A stretch of 64,000 bases of DNA from Paraspadella gotoi (Eukaryota > Animalia > Chaetognatha), in contig CM119267.1 of assembly GCA_051294375.1 (NCBI GenBank), positions 13,880,186 to 13,944,185 of the forward strand, read 5' to 3'. Position numbers and translations under genes: made by a program. This document shows positions 1 through 11,719 of this stretch, piece after piece. How positions within the stretch are numbered: position 1 is the stretch's first letter; the number at the start of each line of letters is the position of its first letter. The notes beneath the pieces were generated by a model. That model searched no databases, was not told the origin of the DNA, and saw only the letters and a list, made by a program, of their open reading frames with translations.

Positions 1-427
1 AGGCCCGGAAGTCGCCCTCCGATCTTTCTCTCTCATTTTCGTTTCCGTGAACTATTTTCGTTATTGCGATTCTTTTTTTCTTTCTTTTTTTTCTTTTTTT
101 CTTTCTTCTTGGTTCCTCCTTGAGACAGGAGTCTCTCGAAGAACAAGGAAGAGGAGGAGAAGGAGGGAGAATGACAAGGAGGCAGAGGTTAGAGAGACAC
201 AGACTGAAAAGCTTAACGATGTAAATAGGAATGTAAATTGTTTTCTTCGCTTTTTCTGATGAACCCAGGGAGGCATCGGATGGCGTCGACCGAGCGGCGG
301 NNNNNNNNNNNNNNNNNNNNNNNNNNNNNNNNNNNNNNNNNNNNNNNNNNNNNNNNNNNNNNNNNNNNNNNNNNNNNNNNNNNNNNNNNNNNNNNNNNNN
401 NNNNNNNNNNNNNNNNNNNNNNNNNNN

Positions 428-463
<36 letters not shown>

Positions 464-819
464 TTCAAAATAACTTGAGTGAATGAACGGCAGGGGACAA
501 AACAATAAGTGTTTGAGAGATTCTAAACGCTGCTTTATCACGGTTTTTCTCGGACGTGAGCGAAGGGTGCGGCTTTTTTAGACGATTTGGCGGCGGCGTT
601 AGCGGCGGCGGTTACGGTGCTGGTGGAAGGTGGTGGTGGCGGCGGCGGGCGGCGGCGGCGGCGGGGGCGGTGGCCGGCGGGGCGGCGGCGGTGGCGGCGG
701 CGTGGCAAGCGGGGTAAGAAGCTTAAGAATTAGGATACCAGGGGATCAATTGCGAAAAATAAATAGGAAAGAGAAAGAAAGAAAAAGAAAAAGAAAGAAA
801 GAAAGAAAAAGAAAGAAAG

Positions 820-870
<51 letters not shown>

Positions 871-1263
871 CAGACAGACAGACAGACAGGCACAATGAAG
901 TCGTCGCGACGAATCAAACGCCGAAAATCGTCATTCTCTTTCATCTCTTGTTGGTGCAATAATTCGCTTGGCTTTCTTCGAGATTCGCCGTCTACGCTCC
1001 TTTCCGCGCGGACGAGAGAGTCGACGAATGATTATCCCCTCGTTGAAGGAGAAGCGAAGAGGAAAGATCGTCGTCGCGAGTCTGGAGCGATATTGGGAGG
1101 GGGGGGCGACATTGAGATAAAGTCAGACTACTCCTACTTTCCATCAAGAAGCCCCTCTCTCCTCTCGAGGATTCGCTCTCTACTGGCGTCCGGCGCCGCT
1201 CACGTTAATAAAATCCAAGGGATCGCGCAAATCCGCGCAATCCAGGAGCCATAATATTTCCCT

Positions 1264-1484
1264 TCCGGATGTAATTCGGAATGTTTCGTATGTAAGCAGA
1301 AGACGAATCGAGACCATTTTCCCCAGGATGTAACCGGATTGAGACGCTAAAGACCGGGATGTAAATAGAAGTAGAATCAAGAAAATCTTTCCCAGTATTT
1401 AACTCAGGTTCGACGCAAAAGGCCCGCATATATAAAGAAGACGAATCAAGAAAATTCTCTCTCTCTCTCACCCGGATGTAATTT
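1264..1484. repeat. Degenerate short tandem repeat (CCGGATGTAA ... GAAGACGAATCAAGAAAAT modules)
   Basis: GGATGTAA recurs four times and GAAG(A/T)(C/A)GAATC(G/A)AGA three times within ~220 bp. Confidence 0.55.
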
Positions 1485-3392
1485 GACAGAGTTTTACACT
1501 TCGACGCGCGAATCAACGACGTCGAAGACGAAAATTTCTCCGGCGGAGACAAAATCAGCGGCGTCGGCGACTACGGCGGCGTCGGCGGCGGAATTGTCGG
1601 CCGAATCAGCTTGCCGTCGTGATCGGCGCCAAAGATCGGCAAAATTGACAAATGGGAGGAAAAGGATGGGGGGGGGGGCGAGGGTTTGAGGAAGAGGAAG
1701 TGATTGACTTAGTCTTAGGTTTATTCTAAATTCCAGAGATCGAGTACATAATTTCATTCTTTGATGTCGTTGATGTTGTCGTATTCTGCCAGTTGTCTTT
1801 GCTATTTTTCTGGAAGAAGTCTTTATTTGAACTGCAATCCCTTGTTTCTTTTTCGTCGCAAACAAACAAAAACAAAAACCAAATTAAAAATAAAAAAATA
1901 AAAAGACGACGACAGATTTAAAGGTGCCTTTAGGTTAAAACTTGAACAAACAGTTTTTCTCCGACTTTTCTTCGATCCGTTGGGGGTATTATTGTCGCTG
2001 TTGTTGTTATTGATGTTGTTGTTGTTGTTATGCACCCGGGCGCACAAAACCTTCGCGTCGTTCTTCCCAGATGGGCGAATGTTTTCCATTTTTTCGTCCC
2101 AACGCGACGACGACGAGAAAAAAGAAGACTGCAAACAAATGTAAACAAGGCTCCATAAGAACCGTTGGCTCGCCTCTCGCCCTTCCAGGTGGCTAAACGG
2201 ACTCCATCCTCTGGCTTTCTGAGGGTTTTTTTGGAAAGACACACATTTTGTCGGTATTTTGACTCTCGAATGGTAGTAAATTCTTTGGTAATTGATGCGT
2301 TTTATAATTAAAAGTATTGATTCATGTGTAGACGATGTCGATTTGTTTGTATGTAAGTTTCTTGATGGCGTCGCAAATGCAAAGTTGCACCGACGGACAA
2401 AGAAGAAAAGCCAAAAGACGACGACGACCCAAAAACGATAAAAACTACGACTCGACTTGCATAAACATTAAACAACAACGACGACGACGGAGGCCGAAAA
2501 CGTACACGGCGCGCTCCGATGCCAAAACGAAGACGACGACGACGTCGGGCAAAAACCGGTAGTGGTTCCGGTTTAAAGAGCGAAAAATCGGGAGACGTCC
2601 CGAGAGTCTCGGCTTCGCGTCTCGGGACGACGGCGGATTTTTCTGACCCGAAAATTGAAAAAGGACTGGTCTTATTGTGAGGAAAAATTCCTTGGAGTGA
2701 GTGTTAAGATGAAAACTTCATTCGACGCTATTATTCACAAATACGGCGATTGGAGAAAAATTGAACCGATCTCGCGGCTCTGGGTTACCTCATCTGAGAT
2801 GAGGCGCTATGGTGGTGGGCGGAAGAAGCGATCTCACAACGGTAGGATGGGGGCGGGCAGGGCCTGGCAGGGGTGTAGCCTCCGCCTTCCAAACGGAGAA
2901 ACGGAGAAATGCCTAATTGTTATGGCGCTGGAATATGGCCTCGTTTGGACGCGGGACTGATTTGCTGAAAGCCGAAGAAAATGGCGCCTCCGCGAGTTTG
3001 GAAGAAAGGGAGGAAGGAGAAAAGATAAAAGGAATAGAGGGATAAGGAGACGGTGAAAATAGGAATAGAGAGAAATGGAAGAAGACAAAATAAATTTGAT
3101 AATAAATTAAATGACAAGATATGAATAGGAAACGACGAAAAAAGGAAAAAGAAAAGGAAAAAGGAAAATAGGAAATGAAAAAGAAGATGGATGATGTAAA
3201 AGAAGAAGGAAAATAGGAGAGATATAAAGGATTAGGAAGAAGAAAAGTGAAAAACAAAAGGAAAACGAAAGAAAATAAGAAAAGAGAAGGAGAAAGAAAA
3301 GCAGACGACGAAGACGATTTTTCGCCAGTTAAATCGGCTGAGAGAAAATTCAAAGGAAAAGTTTCAGAACGAATAGGCAAGGCGCGATCGGA

Positions 3393-3431
<39 letters not shown>

Positions 3432-5989
3432 CTCTCTCATCTTCTCTCTCTCTCTCTCTCTCTCCCTCTCTTTCTCCTCCTCCTCTCTCTCTCTCGCTCC
3501 ATCTCCTCTCTCTCATTCCCTCTCTCCTTATCTTCTCTCTCACTCTCCTCTACTCCCTCCCCTCTCATGTTCTCTCTCCTCTCTCCTCTTCGCCTCCTCT
3601 CTCTCTCGCTTTCTCTCTCTCCTCTCTCTCTCTCATTGTTTATCTTTCACTTCGCGTCGCATTTCACCCGAAGATCCGATGGATTTTAAAAACTCTCTTC
3701 CGTTTTCCAGAGTAAAGCAGCTTGAGAGGATCTCCGCGTTTTTCCCGTCAAATCCAGAGTTACGACTGCAACAAAAACTACAAAACTACAAAATTACAAA
3801 CAAGACGCCGACGCCGGAAGTTTAAAAAAAAAAGAAGACGAAAACGACGTCGACGACGACGACTAAGATAAGGACAGCGACGGGAGGCGTAAAACTAAAA
3901 AATAAGTCCCAGATGACAAGATAGTTATCAAAAAAGAGACTGTATATGTGAATTTTCGTCGATAAAAATAATAAAGAGTTTACTTAAAATTTAGGCCATC
4001 GATCATCGTGACAATAAAACTTACTATCGACCAGAACGGGCGCCTGACATAAGTACAATTAAAAATACTAACAAAGAAATACAAAAATGCCTACCAAACG
4101 ACGCAATTATGGCGAAATGCCAAGCATATATATTATACAACCACGATTTAACTCCAGTTGCGCTTCACCAATAACAACAAAAAGAAACAAATAAACCACA
4201 ATAACATTGGAATGCTTATGACAACGACGACAACGACGACGACAAAGACGACGATATTGTTCGAAGGAAAAGGAAACGTGAAAATACGAGAAGTCGAGGA
4301 TTAAAACGAAGTCGGTGACAGAAAAAGAAACGAAGAAGCTTACGAGTGTCACAAAGACGACAACAATAACAACAAAACGACGACGACGACGACGACGACG
4401 ACGACTATAGGAAAAGCGCATGGAGTCATGGAAATGGTTTGGGAATCGAAAACGGAATGGAAGAGAAAGACCAAGAAAGATTTCCATGCCGACCGCATCG
4501 TCATGCCGCCATGTCGTTTTCTCTCGGGTCCAGAACTCGAATCGAGGCTCGATTCTGTTGCAACTTTTCCCGGAAATCCGGGGGACAAAACGAAAACGAG
4601 ACTGAAAATAAACAAACGAAGAAATCGCGGCAAAAGTGGGGCCCGTGGGGGAGGGGAGAGTTAAGAGAGAGGCGGTGGTTACTAGATGGTAGTTGAGAAG
4701 TTAGTGCAATGTGGTGAACCAATTTCATTACTTTTATAGTATATTTATATTTTTGGGGTATTTTTTTCTTTTAGTTTCTTTTCCTTGGCGTTCTCTTACT
4801 GTTCCTTTTTTCATCTATTATCTTTTCTCTTTTTATGTTTTTTAATTTAATTTTTTTCCTTTTTTTCTTTTCTTCTTTCCCTTCCGCCCACGCTCTCTTT
4901 ATATAGTATATCTCTTCCTATTTTTAGCAAAAAAAGGGAAAAAAAAATCATTTCTGATTTTCACGAAACGAAACAGAAATCCATACACGGACGAAATTCC
5001 TCCCCCGCGATTTTCTTTCGATTTCGTCGTCGTCGTCGTCGACAGTCAACGCCCTCTCGACGGAACCGTGAAAGTGAGGCAATCGTCTCGTTCTTTCTGC
5101 GTTTTCCGTCGCCTACTCTTATATTTTCTCATTCCGTGTATTTTTTTTCCCTACCGCCCGTTCTATATATAGTAAATCCTCTTGGCTGCCGATCCGATCC
5201 CTTGCTCATTTCCATCACAAGCATTTCCGATATTCTCGTCTCCCGACTCTCTCTCTCTCTCTCTCTCTTCAGTCTCTCGTCTCAGATGGTCCGCTCTGCT
5301 TCGTGGAAGTCGTGTCGTTTTACTGATGGTCTTTCGCTTCTCGCATCCATATTCTCACATTCTGCATGGGATTGCGGCATTAAGCGCCGGGTCTCGTTTT
5401 CCGTCGATTAGGTTGTTGGGAATCCATGCTTTTGGGTTTCTTTATTTCTTATCGTCCTCTCTCTTCTTCGCTTCTCCTCTCTCCTCTCTCTCTCTTTCTC
5501 TCTTTCTCTCTCTCTCTCTCTGCTCTCCTCCTCTCTTCTCTCTCTCTCTCTCTTCTCTCTCGTCTTTCCGTCACATTTCCTCTTTTTTCTTATATAGCTT
5601 TTTTTCTCACGGCATTCGATTTTTCTTCACTCACGCTTCTGCGCGATTTTCTCTCGATCGTCTTCATCCTTCTTCGTCATCAACCTCTCCCGTGGCCGCC
5701 CTTAGTACTTACCTTGCTTACTCGGCTGCCTCACTTTTCGCAGCATTTGCCCGTGGTTACATAGGAGTGGGGCTCAGATTATGAATTATATATTATTTGT
5801 TATTTCTTGTTATTTGTTACATACCATTACATTACGTAACATAACATAAATCAGTTGGACCTTAACTAATTTATTATTATATGCAAATGAGATTGATGAA
5901 CTCAATCTCTGATGAGCGAGGTTTCCCGTCTCTCGCTCACCTTCTGAGAGTATCAATATCGCAGGTTGAAATGAGTCTTTAGGGATCTG

Positions 5990-6037
5990 GAGGTAGGAGG
6001 TAGGAGGTAGGAGGTAGGAGGTAGGAACTGGAGGTAA
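5990..6037 (+). repeat. (GGAGGTA)n heptamer microsatellite
   Basis: Five to six tandem GGAGGTA units read directly, mirrored at ~9270-9317. Confidence 0.85.
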
Positions 6038-6438
6038 GCAAAAGGCAAGCATCGGTAATCAATCGATATAAGAATGATCTCTCAGGTAAGCTCGGCCTAG
6101 CCACTCAATATAAACCACATGAGATAAATACTAAACCATATAAACCCCGACGATGGCTAATTAATATTAATGCAATCTGTATCAAATGAAATCATGATTA
6201 AACAAAGCAATGAGATATTAGTAAACGGCAATGTTTATAAACAAATAGTGATTGTTTATATTTTTAAACACCTGTACAAAATGGAAATAAGAATGACGAA
6301 TTACAACGAGAGTTTATGTCCAACATCTCATTTAGTATTATTATAAGAATCTAGCTCTTACTGTCACCTTTTTTGCGCCCTTCGGTTCACTTCGAGATCA
6401 GCCTTACCCGCGTTTCTTTTCTGTCGTCTTCATCCCAT

Positions 6439-6472
<34 letters not shown>

Positions 6473-7028
6473 TCTNNNNNNNNNNNNNNNNNNNNNNNNN
6501 NNNNNNNNNNNNNNNNNNNNNNNNNNNNNNNNNNNNNNNNNNNNNNNNNNNNNNNNNNNNNNNNNNNNNNNNNNNNNNNNNNNNNNNNNNNNNNNNNNNN
6601 NNNNNNNNNNNNNNNNNNNNNNNNNNNNNNNNNNNNNNNNNNNNNNNNNNNNNNNNNNNNNNNNNNNNNNNNNNNTTTTTTTTTCTCTCTTTTTTTTTCA
6701 AAGAAAGGGCGAGTGAGAGTATGCTCAGAAAAGAATTCGTTTCACAGGGAAAGATCAAATGATGACTTTACACGACTCATAATTTCCTCTCAGAAATCTC
6801 CAAGAAACTCTTCTCTCCAGATCGACCAACTTTCGTTCATCAAGACTTTTCTCTTTTCTCGATTGTTTGGTCGACGACTCTCTATCTGCTTCCTCCCCGT
6901 TCAATGTCTTCAGCGTCAAAAATGGAAAAAAAGGTCAAATTCTCCACTTTTTTACTCTTTGTAGTAGAAACTATTATATGATGAAACGTTTTGCTCATTT
7001 TTCGCAGCTTTAACTTAAAAATATAAAG

Positions 7029-7156
7029 TATGGTGGACGAAAATCCACCAACCGTTCATCAGCGGTCATTGGTGCCGGAGGCAAGTTATTCGCCTCCCAA
7101 CCCAAAGGTCACGGGGTCTAGCCCGGTGGTCGCCTAACAGTTAAGAGGGACGGGGC
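7029..7156 (+). mobile_element. ~240-bp tRNA-core interspersed repeat, copy 1 (truncated by gap; same locus as 8051-8286)
   Basis: Begins TATGGTGGACGAAAATCCACCAACCGTTCATCAGCGGTCATTGGTGCCGGAGGC, shared with four other copies in the window. Confidence 0.85.
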
Positions 7157-7184
7157 NNNNNNNNNNNNNNNNNNNNNNNNNTAG

Positions 7185-7318
7185 GCACTGGGTTTGACTA
7201 TGTTACGATCACTCGATCAAGTTAATGAATCAGTTAAGGATCACAAAACTGAACAGAATTATTGTGAATTTCTCATCTGATTAGCTTATTACCGATTAAT
7301 TATCGAAGCCAGATTCGA
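7185..7318 (+). repeat. Unclassified dispersed repeat fragment (second copy inverted at ~16148-16262)
   Basis: ATCAGTTAAGGATCAC...CATCTGATTAGCTTATTACCGATTAATTATC matches the reverse complement of GATAATTAAGTGGTAATTAGCTAATCAGATG...GATCCTAACTGATC. Confidence 0.7.
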
Positions 7319-8050
7319 TTAATGCGATTTTGTTTGAGGTAAAATTTTATGTCGTTGATACCTTTTAATGGAAAAGTTTCAGAACAAAATTTACATGTAA
7401 TTGTTGCTAAGTTTTGTGAAGCTAAGTTTTGTGCAGTAAAGTTTCATAAATCTTCTTGATGGAGACAATCTGGACGCATCAAAGATTAAAAAAAAAACCG
7501 TTAAACTTAATTTTGTAATTTTTTTATAAATTTTATTCAATTTTATTTATTTAATTTATAATTTATTTTATTTTAGTTAATTTTTTCCTTTTCAAAAAAG
7601 ATTTTTTCTTCGCCAGCATTAAGATTCCAATCGCGGACGATCAAATGAGTGGAGGGAGCTTGCAGGCGACAAGTGGGCACTGGGCAGGGCACTGGGCAGG
7701 GGCAGGCTGGGAGCTGGGACTGGCAGGAACTGACTACAAGGAAGGTAATAACAGGCAGGAAGCTAGCCGGGATGACATGGATCTACGAGAGCGAGCCAAG
7801 AACTGCAGTGTGCAATAGGGTGGAGTGATGAAAAGATTGAGCGATGGAACAATGTTTTTGCTGCCTTTGTATATGTAATAAAAAAATAATTAAGCCCTTT
7901 TCAAAAAAAAATTGCATAACAGTATCTTGAATTGAATTTTTATAATAATATCCTTATAAAATCATAAAATTTCAAAAATCATAATTTTAAGAACAGTTTC
8001 GGATATCGCCGGAAAAAACTGAAAAACTTTTGTAAAATATGTACTTTAAA

Positions 8051-8286
8051 TGAAGAGAGACAGTAAATATTGATAAGTGTTAATAACAGAAACCGTTCTA
8101 TATAACTATAAGCAAGTCCCTAAGCTTCGGATCAGGCTGTAACAACCATGTTACAGCGGGTTAGCGCCCCGTCCCTCTTAATGTTAGGCGACCACCTGCT
8201 AGACCCGGACCTTTGGTTGGAGGCGAATAACTTGCCTCCGGCACCAATGACCGCTGATGAACGGTTGGTGGATTTCGTCCACCATA
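8051..8286 (-). mobile_element. ~240-bp tRNA-core interspersed repeat, full-length copy
   Basis: Reverse complement runs from TATGGTGGAC to ...ACTGTCTCTCTTCA, collinear with 46975-47208, 47407-47646 and 49413-49647. Confidence 0.85.
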
Positions 8287-8739
8287 CTTTATATTTTTAA
8301 GTTAAAGCTGGCGAAAAATGAGCAAAACGTTTCATCATATAATAGTTTCTACTACACAAGAGTAAAAAAGTGGAAGAATTGGACCTTTTTTTTCCATTTT
8401 TGACGCTGAAGACATTGAACGGGGAGGAAGCAGATAGGAGAGTCGTCGACAAACAATCGAGAAAAGAGAAAAGTCTTGATGAAGAAAGTTGGTCGATCTG
8501 GAGAGAAGAGTTTCTTGGAGATTTCTGAGAGGAAATTATGAGTCGTGTAAAAGTCATCATTTGATCTTCCCTGTGAAACGAATTTTTCTGAGCATACTCT
8601 CACTCGCCCTTTCTTTGAAAAAAAAAGAGAGAAAAAAAACAAAGTTTTATTCTTCACTTTTAAGAGACCACGATCTCTCTATCTCTCTCTCTCTCTGTGA
8701 GGAAATAGAAAAGAGGAAAAAGAAGACGGATGAGGAAAG

Positions 8740-8800
<61 letters not shown>

Positions 8801-9745
8801 AGAGAGAGAAAGAGGAGAGAAGAGGAGAGAGGAGAGACAGAGAGAGAGACGAGACAGAGACAGAGACAGAATGGGATGAAGACGACAGAAAGTGAAAAAC
8901 GCGGGTAAGCTGATCTGAAGAACCGAAGGCGCAAAAAAGGTGACAGTAAGAGCTGATCTTATAATAATACTAAATGAGATGTTGACATAAACTCTCTGTA
9001 ATTTCGTCATTCTTAATTTCCATTTTGTACAGGTGTTTTAAAAATATAAACAATCACTATTTGTTTATAATCATCCGTTTTAACTAATTATCTCCATTGC
9101 TTTGTTTAATCATGGATTTCATTTGAATACAGATTGCATTAATATTAATTAGCCATCGTCGGGTTTATATGCTTTAGTATTTATTCTCATGTGGTTTATA
9201 TTGAGTGGCTAGGCCGAGCTTACCTGAGAGATCATTCTATATCGATTGATTACCGATGCTTGCCTTTTGCTTACCTCCAGTTCTAACCTCCTACCTCCTA
9301 CCTCCTACCTCCTACCATCCAGATCCCTAAAGACTCATTTCAACCTGCGGATATTGATACTCTCAGAAGGTGAGCGAGAGACGGAAACCTCGCTCATCAG
9401 AGATTGAAGTTCATCAATCTCATTTGCATATAATAATAAATTAGTTAAGGTCCAACTGATTTATGTTAGTTACGTAAATGTAATGGTATGTAACAAATAA
9501 CAAGAAATAACAAATAATATATAAATTCATAATCTGAGCCCCACTCCTATGTAACCACGGGCAAATGCTGCGAAAAGTGAGGCAGCGAGTAAGCAGGTAA
9601 GTACTAAGGGCGGCCCACCGGGAGAGGTTGATGACGAAGAAGGAATGAAGACGATCGAGAGAAAATCGCGCAGAAGCGTGAGTGAAGAAAAATCGAATGC
9701 CGTGAGAAAAAAAGCTATATAAGAAAAAGAGGAAATGTGACGGAA

Positions 9746-9797
<52 letters not shown>

Positions 9798-11641
9798 GAG
9801 AGAGAGAGAGAAGAGAGAGAGAGAGGAGAGAGAGAGAGAGGAGCGATAAGAACCCAAAGCGATTCCAACCAATCGACGGAACGAGACCCGGCGCTAATAG
9901 GCCGCAATGAGAATGTGAGAAATGGATGCGAGAGAGAGAGAGAGAAGAACGAGAGAGAGCAGAGAGAGAGAGAGAAGAGAGAGAGAGAAGAGCAGAGAGA
10001 GAGAGAGAGAGAGAGAGTCGGGAGACGAGAATATCGGAAATGCTTGTGATGGAAATGAGCAAGGGATCGGAATCGGCAGCCAAGAGGATTTACTATAATA
10101 TAGAACGGGCGGTAGGGAAAAAAATACACGGAATGAGAAAATATAAGAGTACGACGGAAAACGCAGAAAGAACGAGACGATTGCCTCACTTCACGGTTCC
10201 GTCGAGAGGGCGTTGACTGTCGACGACGACGACGACGAAATCGAAAGAAAATCGCGGGGAGGAATTTCGTCCGTGTATGGATTTCGTTTTCGTTCGTGAA
10301 AATCAGAAATGATTTTTTTTTCCCTTTTTTTGCTAAAAATAGGAAGAGATATACTATATAAAGAGAGCGTGGCGCGAAAGGGAAAGAAGAAAAGAAAAAA
10401 GGAAAAAAATTAAATTAAAAAACATAAAAAGAGAAAAGATAATAGATGAAAAAAGGAACAGTAAGAGAACGCCAAGAAAAGAAACTAAAAGAAAAAAAAA
10501 ACCCCAAAATATATAATATACTATAAAAGTAATGAAATTGGTTCACCACATTGCACTAACTTCTCAACTACCATCTAGTAACCACCCGCCTCTCTCTTAA
10601 CTCTCCCCTCCCCAGCGCCCCCCCTTTTGCCGCGATTTCTTGTTTGTTTATTTCAGTCTCGTTTCGTTTTGTCCCCGGATTTCGGGAAAAGTTGCAACAG
10701 AATCGAGCCTCGATTCGAGTTCTGGACCCGAGAGAAAACGAAACATGGCCGGCATGACGATGCGGTGGCATGGAAATCTTTCTTGGTCTTTCTCTTCCAT
10801 TCCGTTTTCGATTCCCAAACCATTTCCATGACTCCATGCGCTTTTCCTATATGTCGTCGTCGTCGTCGTCGTCGTCGTCGTTTGTTGTTATTGTTGTCGT
10901 CTTTGTGCACTCGTAAGCTTCTTCGTTTCTTTTTTCTGTCACCGACTTCGTTTTAATCCTCGACTTCTCGTATTTTCACGTTTCCTTTCCCTTCGAACAA
11001 TATCGTCGTCTTTGTCGTTCGTCGTTGTCGTCGTTTGTCATAAGCATTCAATGTTATTGTGGTTTATTTGTTTCTTTTTGTTGTTATTGGTGAAGCGCAA
11101 CTGAGTTAAATCGGTGGTTGTATAATATATATGCTTGGCATTTCGCCATAATTGCGTCGTTTGGTAGGCATTTTGTATTTCTTTGTTAGTATTTTTAATT
11201 GTACTTATGTCAGGCGCCCGTTCTGGTCGATAGTAAGTTTTATTGTCACGATGATCGATGGCCTAAATTTTAAGTAAACTCTTTATTATTTTTATCGACG
11301 AAAATTCACATATACAGTCTCTTTTTGACTATCCTTGTCATCTGGGACTTATTTTTAGTTTTAGCGCTCCCGTCGCTGTCCTTATCTTTAGTCGTCGTCT
11401 CGACTGATGCGTTTCGTCTTCTTTTTTTTTTAAACTTCCGGCGTCGGGTCTTGTTGTAATTTTGTAGTTTTGTAGTTTTTTGTTGCAGTCGTAACTCTGG
11501 ATTTGACGGGAAAAAACGCGGAGATCCTCTCAAGCTGCTTTACTCTGGAAAACGGAAGAGAGTTTTTTAAATCCATCGGATCTTCGGGTGAAATGCGACG
11601 CGAAGTGAAAGATAAACATGAGAGAGGAGAGAAGAGAGAGA

Positions 11642-11719
<78 letters not shown>

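Larger units (their letters stand above)
1..7156 (+). repeat. Left arm of ~7 kb inverted duplication (cleaner copy, with sized N gaps at microsatellites)
   Basis: Position 1 AGGCCCGGAAGTCGCCCTCCGATC is the reverse complement of ~14995-15019. Collinear reverse-complement matches continue to 7144-7156 vs 8166-8178. The arm ends at a 25-N gap (7157-7181). Confidence 0.95.

Noticed and set aside
588-713. Gly-rich cuticle-like exon (GGGVSGGGYGAGG...) ending at GTAAGA
   Set aside because: It is dominated by a (GGC)n repeat, has no clear acceptor, and the frame is ambiguous.
2789-2964. Minus-strand coding exon with good acceptor and donor
   Set aside because: All three frames contain stops. At most it is a non-coding or terminal exon, and it is unsupported.
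5908-5947. Hammerhead ribozyme at CTGATGA-GCGAG...CTCGC
   Set aside because: There is no GAAA after the stem and no UH cleavage site geometry.
7062-7134. Functional tRNA gene
   Set aside because: The D and anticodon stems do not pair properly, and the module is embedded in a multi-copy repeat with conserved flanks.
7100-7156. Twister or hammerhead ribozyme within the tRNA-core repeat (TAGCCCGG...GAGGG; CTGATGA on the opposite strand)
   Set aside because: The motif order does not fit twister, and no GAAA follows a stem II after CTGATGA. GCCCGG is explained as the T-arm.
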